A stretch of 64,000 bases of DNA from Phyllobates terribilis (taxonomy: Eukaryota): NCBI RefSeq assembly GCF_046119375.1, contig NW_027362762.1:254944001-255008000 (forward strand). The letters run 5' to 3'. Under the pieces are notes generated by a model. It searched no databases, was not told where the DNA came from, and worked only from the letters and a program-made list of their open reading frames with translations. The translations under genes were made by a program, and so were the position numbers. Positions within the stretch are counted from its first letter, which is position 1; every line of letters starts with the position of its first letter. Shown piece by piece: positions 50,208 to 60,590 of this stretch.

Positions 50208-53200
50208 ATGAGTGGAAAAAGGCCTGCTGCTGGTGGAAACGGGAATAGGCGTGTTGGGAAGGGAAAAAAAGGTTGTGTCCGTGGAGTAGGTGTTAAAGCA
50301 ACAGTAACATCTGCAGAAGAAAGACCGTCTTCCAGCAATACTAAAATGTCTACTTCTTTTAGCGGACAATGTGATAAGATCCCTTTCTTACGGCCACGCC
50401 AATCGCTACAAATTCAAGATGAGGCACAAAAACAGCAGGTGCTTCAACGGATATCAAGTGCTCCTTTAAGTGGGCTCTCCTCCACATCAACTTCAACATC
50501 ACAAATACTCCAGTCCTCAGAGGTGTCACCCCAATCACACTTGCTTCCTCACAGCTCCCAAATCTCCAGCTGCCCGTCTGAGTATGAGGTAGAACAGATG
50601 GTTGAGTCTGCAGAGCTGTTTACTCATACTATAGCTTGGGAATCAGAGGTTGGCTCCAGCGCTTCTGTGAATCCAGACGAGGAAATGATCTGCACTGATG
50701 CCCAGAACCTTTATGAGTCGGATCCAGGACCAGACGCAGAAGGTTCTGACCATAATGTAGACCCTCATTCCCAAACTGTAACTCCTGTTGGTGGAGACAA
50801 TGAGGAAGACGATGATGAGACTCAAATACCTGATGGAGCGACAACTTTAGTTTTTTGTCAGTGCAGGAACAGGATGGCTCTGAGGACGACGGGTGTGATT
50901 ACACACAGGGTGATGATGATGAGGTTGGAGATCCCACTTACTGTCAACCCACAGTCAGCCAAGAGATGAGGTCAGCAGAGGAGGTGGAGGAGGATGCTAG
51001 TGATGACGAGGTCAGGTTGCGCCTTCCTGGACAGAGACGTAGTACTGGAAGCACGTCAACAACTGCATCCTCAAACACAACTCTGCCTCTGAACACAAGT
51101 CGTGGTGGCTCTTCAGGTTGCATGGGTGCTAAGCCTTGCATAGCCTTGGCATTTTTTCAGATCGATAAAGATGACCCAACTCATGTTATCTGTAACATTT
51201 GTCAACAAAAGCTAAGTAGAGGCCAAAAAATACATAGTTTGAGTACTTCATGCAAGAACAGGCACATGGACATGAAGCATAAGTTGCAGTGGGAAGCTCA
51301 CTGTGCTACAAAGTGGCCTAGCCGGCCGGGCCAACCACCGTCTGCCCCATCTTGTGCATCTGTGGCCTCTTCATCCTCTGTGACTGGGGGGACAGCAGTC
51401 ACACCTGTTTTGGGACGCAGACCTGCCACCTCTTTACCCGCAACAGCCAGCGTGATTGGCAGGTCATCATTTTCTTTGGAGGTGGTAACACCAGCTGGTG
51501 TTGAGCGCTGTACGACATCGATAGCACCACCTTTGGATCAAGGCAACCTAACATGTCCGCCTGCATCTTCCTCACAGACCGGCAGTTTGCTGGGGACACC
51601 CTTATCTACCCCGTCTAAGCACAACAGCCAGCCCTCAGTCCCTCAGATGTGGACAAGTAAAAGACCATTTCCTCCTACCCTTGAGAAAGCTAAGAGGTTG
51701 AATTTCACCATCTGCAAGCTCTTGGCTACAGAAATGCTGCCTTTCCGCCTAGTGGACACAGAGGATTTTCGAGACCTTATGTCCGTCGCAGTGCCCCAGT
51801 ACCAGATGCCCAGTCGGCACTACTTCTCAAAGAAAGGTGTGCCTGCGCTCCACCAGCATGTCACACACAACATCACGGCTTCTTTGAGAAAGTCTGTGTG
51901 TGACAGGGTGCATTTCACCACAGACACTTGGATGAGTAGGCAAGGACAGGGGCGTTACATGTCGCTGACTGGGCAATGGGTAACTATGGTGACAGCAGGA
52001 CAAGGGGCTGCTGTCCAAGTCTTGCCGTCCCCACGAGTTGTGCGTCAATCCTCTTTATGTCAAAGTTCCTCCACTGCTTCTGCCTCCTCAACCTCCTCTT
52101 GGTCCTCCACCTGCACCCAAAGCCTGTCTGGTCATGCTACAGGCTTTCTAACTGCGGAGAAGGGATCCTGCTCACCTCCTTACTTTGCTGTCAGCAGGGC
52201 TCAACATCATCAGGCGGTTTTTACTTTGAAATGTCTGGGAAATGTGAGTCACATAGCTGAGGAGTTGTGGTCAGCTCTGGAGAACCAATTTCATGAATGG
52301 TTGTCTCCACTGGACCTGAAACCAGGGAAGGCCGTGTGTGACAATGCTGCAAACCTGGGTGCGGCACTTTTCCGGGGCAATGTCACACACGTGCCTTGTA
52401 TGGCTCACGTGTTGAACCTGGTTGTCCAGCAATTTTTAGCCCACTATCCCGGACTAGATGGCCTTCTGCAGAGGGCACGGTCACTGTGTGCTCACTTCCG
52501 CTGTTCGCATCCCGCAGCTCAGCGACTTACATCTCTACAGAAGTCGTTGGGCCTGCCACTTCACCGGCTAAAATGCGATGTGCCTACCCGGTGGAATTCA
52601 ACTCTGCACATGTTGCAGCGACTGTGGCAGCACCGACAAGCCCTGGTGCAATACGTTCTGATGTATAGCCTGGGCCAACGGGATCCAGAGGTGGGGCAAA
52701 TCACGCTGGAGGAGTGGTCTCAGATCAGGGACCTATGCACCCTTCTGCACAGTTTTGAAATGGCAACGAAGATGTTTAGTGCTGACGATGCCATTATCAG
52801 CATGAATATTCCGGTGATTTACATGCTGGAGTACATGTTAAACAGAATTCGGAGTCAGGTGGTAGCACACGAGGAGGTAGAGGAAGTAGAGGAGGAGGAG
52901 TTGTATGCGGAAGGGCTAACATCTGCAAGGTCTAGACGGTCGGCAGCACCAAGGCGGCAGGCATGTGAGGGTGGGGGAGATGGCTTTACCAGGGCGCATG
53001 GTAGCAGACAAACTAGTGAAGAAGGTGCAGCAGCCCAGGAAGAAGTGGAGGACGAACTGATGGAAGACTCATCAGATGAGGGAGACCTTGATCACATTTC
53101 TGTTATGCGAGGTTGGGGGGAGAGGACAGAGGAAGGAAGCATGATTGTTACCTCGCCACCAACACAACAGGGACTTGGTACTCCTGGATGCACAAGACAC

Positions 53201-53869
53201 ATGAGTGCCTTCTTGCTGCACTACCTGCATCATGACCCTCGAATTGGGAGAATTAGAAATAATCCTGACTACTGGGTTGCCACACTGTTAGATCCCCGGT
53301 ACAAAAGTAAATTTGCAGAAATAATTCCTGCCATAGAAAGGGATGCACGCATGGAGGAGTATCAGCAGAGTCTGTTGCAGAATCTTACATGTGCTTTTCC
53401 ACAAAACACCAGTGGTGCACGTAGTGAATCTCACAGTTCCAACTTGCCAACCGTGGGACCGTCGAGTGTTCAGCACTCAAACCATAACAGAAACACAGTA
53501 TCTGCTGGTAACATCAATTTTTCGGAATCAGTTCACCACTTTTTTAGCTCATCCTTTGCAAGGCCACAGGAGACAAGAAGTCTGACACATAGTCAACGCC
53601 TAGAGACAATGGTACAGGAGTATATCCAAGTAAACATTGAAGCCATGACTGCGTCACTGGACCCTTGCTATTTTTGGGCTTCCAATCTGGATAAATGGCC
53701 GGAGCTCTCCACTTACGCCTTGGAGATCTTGTCATGCCCCGCAGCCAGCGTTCTGTCTGAACGTGTGTTCAGCGCTGCTGGTGGTGTGCTGACAGATATG
53801 CGCACGCGGCTCTCCACTGATAATGTAGACAGACTCACGTTCATAAAGATGAACAAATCATGGATCTGA
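50208..53869 (+). pseudogene. hAT-D transposase, ~1,220 aa if a single 1-bp frameshift near 50833 is repaired
   Basis: ORF 50208-50969 overlaps ORF 50855-53869; adding one base at CCTGAT(T)GGAGCGAC gives IPDWSDNFSFLSVQEQ. Confidence 0.9.
50966..53869 (+). CDS. Open 967-aa Met-initiated hAT transposase ORF (BED + RNase H-like DDE + dimerisation domain)
   Basis: ICNIC..RHMDMKH BED; FTTDTW (D), VCDNAA (D), CMAH, PTRWNST, ASVLSERVFS (E); no internal stop. Confidence 0.7.
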   Translation: MRSAEEVEEDASDDEVRLRLPGQRRSTGSTSTTASSNTTLPLNTSRGGSSGCMGAKPCIALAFFQIDKDDPTHVICNICQQKLSRGQKIHSLSTSCKNRHMDMKHKLQWEAHCATKWPSRPGQPPSAPSCASVASSSSVTGGTAVTPVLGRRPATSLPATASVIGRSSFSLEVVTPAGVERCTTSIAPPLDQGNLTCPPASSSQTGSLLGTPLSTPSKHNSQPSVPQMWTSKRPFPPTLEKAKRLNFTICKLLATEMLPFRLVDTEDFRDLMSVAVPQYQMPSRHYFSKKGVPALHQHVTHNITASLRKSVCDRVHFTTDTWMSRQGQGRYMSLTGQWVTMVTAGQGAAVQVLPSPRVVRQSSLCQSSSTASASSTSSWSSTCTQSLSGHATGFLTAEKGSCSPPYFAVSRAQHHQAVFTLKCLGNVSHIAEELWSALENQFHEWLSPLDLKPGKAVCDNAANLGAALFRGNVTHVPCMAHVLNLVVQQFLAHYPGLDGLLQRARSLCAHFRCSHPAAQRLTSLQKSLGLPLHRLKCDVPTRWNSTLHMLQRLWQHRQALVQYVLMYSLGQRDPEVGQITLEEWSQIRDLCTLLHSFEMATKMFSADDAIISMNIPVIYMLEYMLNRIRSQVVAHEEVEEVEEEELYAEGLTSARSRRSAAPRRQACEGGGDGFTRAHGSRQTSEEGAAAQEEVEDELMEDSSDEGDLDHISVMRGWGERTEEGSMIVTSPPTQQGLGTPGCTRHMSAFLLHYLHHDPRIGRIRNNPDYWVATLLDPRYKSKFAEIIPAIERDARMEEYQQSLLQNLTCAFPQNTSGARSESHSSNLPTVGPSSVQHSNHNRNTVSAGNINFSESVHHFFSSSFARPQETRSLTHSQRLETMVQEYIQVNIEAMTASLDPCYFWASNLDKWPELSTYALEILSCPAASVLSERVFSAAGGVLTDMRTRLSTDNVDRLTFIKMNKSWI

Positions 53870-54121
53870 AACGACTTTTTTACCCCTGTGTCATCCTGGG
53901 GAGAGTAAAAGCTTGATGATTGGTTAAAATCACCTCACCAACCGTTTTAAGCTTTCAAATTACTAATCATGTTTATCTGTGTCTTGGCTGGAAAATAATT
54001 TGGGCTTTGTAGCAGTGTGCAGTACTGATTCTATTAGGCCATCTATACTAAGCTCCACCAGATTTAAAATTAATAATAATTTTTAGCTGCCTCTAGCCCG
54101 GAAAATAATTTTGGGGCTCCG

Positions 54122-54232
54122 AGATGCGCAAGACACATAAGTGCCTTCTTGCTGCATTACCTGCCACATGGACCTCAGATTGTCAGAATTCGAAGTAATC
54201 CTGACTACTGGGTTGCCACATTCTTTGATCCC
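54122..54232 (+). pseudogene. Second, diverged copy of a hAT-D transposase segment, continuing at 55607-55678
   Basis: Aligns to ~53187-53297; 55607-55678 aligns to ~53387-53459; split by the DD37E element at a TA. Confidence 0.8.
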
Positions 54233-54249
54233 CCACACTCTTCGATCAA

Positions 54250-55606
54250 CCTTTTCATTTTAATAAAGACCAAAAAATTGGTCATTTTTGAAATTATAAG
54301 CATTAGCAGGTTAGCAGAAACTGAAATCAAACAGTTTTCAACTCAAAACTTTATTCTAGGTGATGTTACATTTGCACATAGGACCCCTTGTTCGAAAGGA
54401 GCTTCTGAACTCTCTCGTCCATTGAATTTGTCAGGTTTTGGATGGTTTCTGCTTCAATTGTTTTGCATGAGGACAGAATACCCTCCCTGAGCTGTTGCTT
54501 AGATGTGAACTGCCTCCCGCCATCATAGACACTCCTTTTGCCGATGCTCCAGAGGTTCTGAATGGGGTAGAGGTCAGGAGAGCATGGGGGTCACACCATA
54601 AGTTTGTCCCCTTTAATGCCCATATCAGCCAGAGATGCAGATGTGTTATGTGCAGCATGAGACGGTGCATTATCATGCATGAAAATGATCTTGCTGCAGA
54701 ATACACGGTTCTTCTTCTTGAACCATGGTAGCAAGTGCTGTTTGAGAAACTCCACATACATTATGGAGTTCATCTTTACCCCTTCAGGGATCCTAAAGGG
54801 GCTGACAATCTCTCTCCCCATGATTCCAGCTCAAAACATTACTCCACCTCCTCCTTGTTGGCGCTGTAGTCGTGTTTGCGTGGGGTGTCCATCAACCAGC
54901 CATCCTCCACTCCATCCATCTGGACCATCGAGCATTGCACGGCACTCATCCGTGAACAAAACAGTTTTGAAATCAGTCTTCATGTAATGTTTGGCCCACT
55001 GGAGCCGTTTCTGCTTGTGTGCAGTGGATAGAGGAGGTCGACAGGATGGCGTACGCACAGCTGCAAACCTCTGAAGGACCCTGCATCTTGTTGTTCGGGG
55101 GACGTTGGAGGCGCCAGCAGCTTCAAAAACTTGTCTGCTGCTATGACAAGGCTTTTTTGCCGCTGCTCTTTTAACCTGACGTAATTGCCTGTAGGAAAGA
55201 GTCCTCAATTTGCCCTTATCAGCACGCACACGTGTGTACTGTGAATAAGCTACATACTTCTTGATTGCCAAGACACTTCATCCTGATCATCGCACAATGT
55301 TGATTGTAGTCATGCCTTGACCTAAACAATCCACAATTTGTTGCTTCTCAGCAGCCGACACATCCTTTTTCTTTCCCATTTTGGCAGAAAATGTAGGCTG
55401 CTTAATAATGTGGGACAGCGTTCTTAAGTAGTCTTGCCGTTCATTGGGCCCACCTGCCAAACTAATTAGCACAGGTATCTGCAATTGCTTACAGTGATAT
55501 AAAGAGCCCTGACACACATCACCATCAATGAGTTTAACTGACAAACAAACAAATTCTTCCCTTATCACTCCTAAACACTTTTTGCATAATAATTTGGAAC
55601 ACGGTG
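54250..55606 (-). mobile_element. Decayed DD37E (TRT-like) Tc1/mariner element, distal 3' end deleted
   Basis: 5' TIR CACCGTGTTCCAAATTATTATGCAAA at 55606 followed by TA; MGKKKDVSAAEKQQ; LFTDECRAMLDGPDGW; HDNAPSH; same family as 20989-22557. Confidence 0.9.
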
Positions 55607-55678
55607 TACATGTGCTTTTCCACAAAACACCAGTGGTTCACGTAGTGAATCTTACAGTTCTAACTTCCCAACCGTGGT

Positions 55679-57500
55679 CTGTATGGAGTTGTTCAATAAA
55701 GGGCATAAAATTAAGATAACATAGACGGGAGAGGTCTCTATGAATAGGAATTCCTAAGAATTTGATACCCTGTGAGGGCCAGGCAAAGGGACGGTTGGAC
55801 TGTATGGAATCCTGTATGGATTTGGGGAGGGAGACATCGAGGGCCTCAGACTTCGCTGTATTGATTTTAAAATTTGACCATGTAACAAAGTGATCTATTT
55901 CAGCCATAACAGCAGGGATGGATATATGTGATTGAGTGATATATACTAGGACATCATCAGCAAATAGAGAGCACTTGTACTCGGTGCCTCTCACCTCAAT
56001 CAACCTAATATTGGGGTTATGACGAATTGATGAGATCAGGTGCTCCGTCACTAGGATGTATAAGAGAGGGGACAGAGGACATTCCTGCCTTGTCCCATTG
56101 GTGATTATGAAAGGTGATGAAAATGTTCTGACGCGCCCCCTTGGCCTTGGGACATCCGGAGCCGGACCCTTTTTGGTGGATGCTGGTGGTTGTAGTCTCC
56201 GTGGCGGCGACCCGGTTCCATGGCTCAGGGCGGTCAAACCAGTGGCGGAACTATTTATGTGGTTTTGATGTTTAAATGTCCGACTATGCCACCCGTAGAT
56301 TGCGGTCAGAGTGAACCGCCGCTGCAGGGCTGACCGCTGAGGCTGGTGTTGTGGGTGCAGCAGAGCGTAGCATAACTCCCCACTGGAGGAGTATAGCCTC
56401 AGGGCAGTGTATGCGGAGGATGGGGGTGATGGTGCAGGGCAGCAGCAGTAACGACACGGAGTCAGTGATGCATTCCAGGGCCTTTACTCACAGTTCTAAT
56501 TATCCAGACCACTTCTGCAGGTAACGGCTGCCCACGTCGTACTGTGCTCACCAGGTGAGGGGCTCAGACAACTCCCAGATAACTTTGGAGCGCTTCACAG
56601 GACCCCCTTTGTGTGTCCTTTGTCTGGCCTTTCTTACCAACCCTTCTGTCCGGCTGCCTCGGGCCTTCTCTTGGTAAACTTGGCGCCAGTTTCCCTGACC
56701 CTATGTGCTGCCCTCCTAGCAGGTGTAGCGAGGGGCTGCACCACATAAAATGTCACAGCCTCCGGTTTCTAGCTGAGGGTCGTTTCCCGCCTCCACTAGT
56801 TTCGGGGACCGGTCTCCCCCTTTGGCCTGACCCCTCCACGCAGGTGGATTCGGTCGTGCGGTGGCGACTCGCCCGTTCACACCCCTGGGATCCCTTCGTT
56901 CCTGGTTCCTGGAGCCTTCTCCGCTCCTCTTACTTCCTTCTCCCTCTTCCAGGCCTGGGCCTCTGTTATTAGGCCCGCCTCTGGAGCAGAGCTCATGCAG
57001 AGCCCCTGCTCCCTGTCACTTCTGCTCAGACTTCTCTGCACTGAACTAAGATGGTGCCCACCTTTTATACTCCCTTCTCAATGCACCCAAGAACTGCTTC
57101 CTCCCTGCTCCTGCACTACAGGGTTCCCCTTCCTCAGTGTTCCCTCCCCCCACTCCAGCCAGGGATAGGGACTGTCGTGCCCATCTCAGGGGCATATTGG
57201 TCGCCTTGCCCCACGGCAATGTGGTGTAATGCATGCAGGTGTCGGGGTCCTGATCCACACTCCATCCTTACCTGAGAGTGAGATATCACACCTCTGGGTG
57301 AGGTGCAATACCTCTGCAGCAACCGAGCCCTCGGGGTGCTACAGTTCCATTTATCTACAGCCTAGGTGAAGCATTGCGATACAGGGCCGTGATTTTGGCT
57401 ATAAAAGGGTCCCCTAGACCCCTACCCCAAGCTTTTTAAGGGAATAATATATAGCGTGCCAGGAGACTCTATGGAATGCTTTCTCAGCATCCAGCGACAG
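55679..57500 (-). mobile_element. L1-clade LINE reverse transcriptase fragment, split by a solo LTR
   Basis: LSLDAEKAFHRVSW (~57500) ... NGT|FSSPFIITNGTRQECPLSPLLY ... SLFADDVLVY ... IKFLGI. Confidence 0.9.
56129..57343 (-). mobile_element. Solo LTR (1,215 bp), probably Gypsy-type
   Basis: Minus strand TGTAGCACCCC...GGGGGCGCGTCA; 4-bp TSD GTTC at 56125-56128 and 57344-57347; minus-strand TATAAAA (~57065) and AGTAAA (~56483). Confidence 0.85.
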
Positions 57501-57617
57501 TATCTAATTACAAATTTTTAACTGCATCTAGCCCAGGAAATACTTTGTGCCTAGTAGCAGTGTCTGCTAGTCAGCGGATTATCCCAGCTGTTAAGCAAGC
57601 TACACCACCTGTAGTTC

Positions 57618-57880
57618 GGACACTTAATTTTTTCAAATGAAATGCTTCGGGGCCACGGGATACTCAGTGAAGAGCATCAGGAGGCACCACAAGGCATAGG
57701 GGCTGGGACTGGCGGTAGGACGCCTTGCAGTGGACAGTCGAGCTCGATCCTTATCAAAGCTTTTTAACTGCAGCAGCTTTAGTGGACGCTACTGGAGCTG
57801 GAATTACGCGGCTGCTGGCATGAGACTTGCCCTTCAATTGATCCTTGTAAAAGGATTTAAAGTTTATTCATTCAAGTTAG
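57618..57880 (-). pseudogene. Degenerate 18S rRNA-derived fragment (530-loop region and flanks)
   Basis: GCTTTTTAACTGCAGCA, CGCTACTGGAGCTGGAATTACGCGGCTGCTGGCA, GACTTGCCCT, AAAGGATTTAAAG and TAATTTTTTCAAA..GCTTCGGG occur in the order of the reverse complement of eukaryotic 18S (GTGCCAGCAGCCGCGGTAATTCCAGCTCCAATAGCG). Confidence 0.88.
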
Positions 57881-58385
57881 AGAGACAATTTAAATTAAAA
57901 AGCTTAGAGCTGCCTCCACCACAGGGGGGCTCACTCGACCCACCAGTGGACAGGCACCAGTATTGGGAGAGGTGGGCTGGCCGTCAGGGTCCACCGCGGC
58001 TCTGGCACAAACCTGGCGACACGGAGGTGGCACGGGCAGGAACGGACTGGCTGTGTCGGCTTCTCACTTTTTGGATTTTAGAAGGGCATGACATGCCTAT
58101 ATCTGTGTCTCCCCCTCCTTTTACTCCTCCACCTCTTTTCTTTTCGCATGACTATATGTACTTGTCACTTTTCCATGTGTTAGTTATGTCTTCTGAGCAG
58201 TTTGTCAGCTTTTGGACACCTTTGAAGGTGTTTTCTATGTGTTTCTATGTGCTTTTGTTTGCCTGCCATTGGTTTTAACGGTGTTCGAAGGTGTTCGACG
58301 AACAGTTCGACGAACAGTTCGGCGAACACAAGGGTGTTCGACGAACAGAACCGAACTCGAACACTACGGGGGTGGCTCAACACTA

Positions 58386-60128
58386 CTGACAAGCAGTGTG
58401 AGGTTTATTACCTAAGCTTAAAAGTTTCAGCACAGCCTGTTGCCGCTTGGCTAAGGCAGTACTGCAGTGCTTCCAGCTTGTAACTTATGTGGTGATATCT
58501 GAGATGAATGCTGAACCTGAGGAGGAGGAGGATGATGCGCAGGAGCTGTACACTGTGGTGTGGGGCAACTCTGACTGACATAGGGCCCGCAATCCTCGGT
58601 GTGGGGAGGATGTGTTCCGTCGCAAGGTCCGACTGGGTCCCGGCTTCCACTGTGTTTACCCAGTGTGCCGTCAGGGAGATGTACCGTCCCTGGCCACAAG
58701 TACTTGTCCACGTGTCCGTTGTCAGGAGGACTCTCCCTGTAACTGCTTTGTTGAGGGCACGGCAGATGTTTTGGGACACGTACTTGTGTAGTGCAGGGAT
58801 GGCAAAACAGTGTCGTCTGGGGACCGAGTACCGAGGGACAGCCACCGCCATAAGGTTGCGGAAGGATCCGTCTCCACGAGCCTAAAAGGCAGCATTTCCA
58901 TTGCAAGCAGTCGTTAAATGTGCGAATTTAGGACTGTGGCCTGTGGGGCGCTGGCTGCAAAAGGTCTGGGATATGGACAATTGAACGCTGCGGTGGGACG
59001 TGGATGTTGATGCTGTTTCTTGAGAAACTGCCATAACAAGTGAAGACTGAGAGGAGGGGGCATTTTTGCATGCGGTATGGACAGGGGACTGCCTTGCACG
59101 CACAACAGGTGGTTCTCCTATGAGCAAAACAGTGGAAGAAGCAGTTGTGACACCCGCTGACACTGGTCGGGGACCCTGGAGTTTGCCCAACAAAATCGGG
59201 TGCTTTGCTGACATGTGCCTGATTATGCTGGTGGTGGTCAGGCTGGTAGTTTTGTCACCCCTGCTGATGCTGGCATGGCAGGTGGTACAAATGACCTTTT
59301 TGGGGTTAACAGCAGAGTCTTTAAAAAAATTCCGGACTCTGGAAGACCTACAGGTTGTACTGGCAACGTCCCTCGTGTTGGTGTTATGGGGAACTGTTGC
59401 CCGCCTTCTGTGTGTGGCCACCACACTGCTTCTTCCTGCCTGTTGGGGTACTCTGCCTCCCTCCCCTGTGTGCTGCTGGCCTCGCTCTGCATGTCCTCCT
59501 GCCACGTTGGGTCAGTTACTAGATCATCCACCCCCTCCTCCTCTTCCACATGTGCACCACGATCCTCCTCCTCACTTCATGGCAATTGTGTCTCGTCATC
59601 GTTCACCTCTTGTGACAAGTTGCCAGCGTCGACTTCCTCTGGCCGTGGCTGTTCAAATATTTGGCTATCGCTACATGGGATCTCCTCTTCCACCACTTCA
59701 AGCGGAGCAGGTGAGGTGCACAAATATGGAAATGGACCAGTGAACAGCTCTTCAGAGTGTCCAAGTGTGGGATCAGTTGCTGTCTGACGACACTCGGCAT
59801 GGTGGGAGGAAGGAGCATCAGGGTGAGGAGGAGTATGCGGTCGAGACTCATGGCTAATAAAACTTGACCGTGTGGAAAACAGACCGGAGGTGGTGGTGCC
59901 CAGGTAACTGGAATTATTATCTGCTATCCAATTAACAACCTGTTCACACTGATCAGTTCGCAATACTAGTTTTGTAGTGTGCTTCCCTAGTAATTCGGTC
60001 AAGAAGTGGGAGCGAGAAGATGTGGCTTTTGGTTGTGGCACATTTTCACCTTGGCCACGGCCCCGTCCTCTACACGCACCATCACCAGAACGTCCAGTTC
60101 CACGTCCCTTGCCACGCGCCTTGCCCTT
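58386..60128 (-). pseudogene. hAT-C transposase, N-terminal half
   Basis: (start ATG->AAG)GKARGKGRGTG; QVVNWIADN; BED VRNFFK..VICTTC..RHMSAKHP; VLLTTDTWTS..YISLTAHWVN. Confidence 0.92.
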
Positions 60129-60179
60129 TGTAAATGAAGTAAAATAGCTTACACTCGCACTATCAATGGAAAAAGGGTA

Positions 60180-60590
60180 ATAAAAAGGAGATTAGAACCG
60201 TGGAAGAGGAAAACCACAGTTCTATTTCTCTGGCCTACATCAGAATCTTTTAAACATATATATTTGTGTCTGAACACTGAGCCAGACACTCAATTTTTTT
60301 ATTTTTAATGTAAAAAAGGCAAAAAGGTGGATAATACAGAGATTTGAACCGTGGAAATGCAAAACCACAGTTCTAGTTATCTGGCCTACTCCAGACTCTT
60401 TTAAACAGATATATTTGTGTCTGAACAATCAGGGAGACACTATTACTGTTTTTTTTTTACGGAAAAAAAAGCCAAAAGCAGGATAATACAGAGATTTGAA
60501 CCGTGGAACTGCAAAACCACAGTTATAGTTATCTGGTCTACACCAAACTCTTTTAAACAGATATATTTGTGTCTGAACAGTCAGGTAGAC
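60180..60590 (-). repeat. ~3 x 151-bp units upstream of the hAT-C start codon
   Basis: GATT(T/A)GAACCGTGGA at 60190, 60341, 60493. Confidence 0.85.

Larger units (their letters stand above)
48231..58385 (+). mobile_element. Complete hAT element D (10.2 kb) inserted in the hAT-C transposase
   Basis: TIRs TAGAGATGAGC / (rc) TAGTGTTGAGC; TSD CTCACAAG (48223-48230) vs CTGACAAG (58386-58393); removing D restores host frame PHTACELW. Confidence 0.92.

Noticed and set aside
50966-53869. Domesticated ZBED-type host gene
   Set aside because: It lies within TIRs and a TSD, has an upstream frameshift, and is nested in another transposon; it is a transposase copy.
57618-57880. Functional rRNA gene or rDNA unit
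   Set aside because: Only ~260 bp, with changes in invariant positions and no flanking 18S/ITS sequence.
57910-57935. CTCF-like site CCACCACAGGGGGCTC
   Set aside because: Several mismatches to the core consensus; a single weak match.
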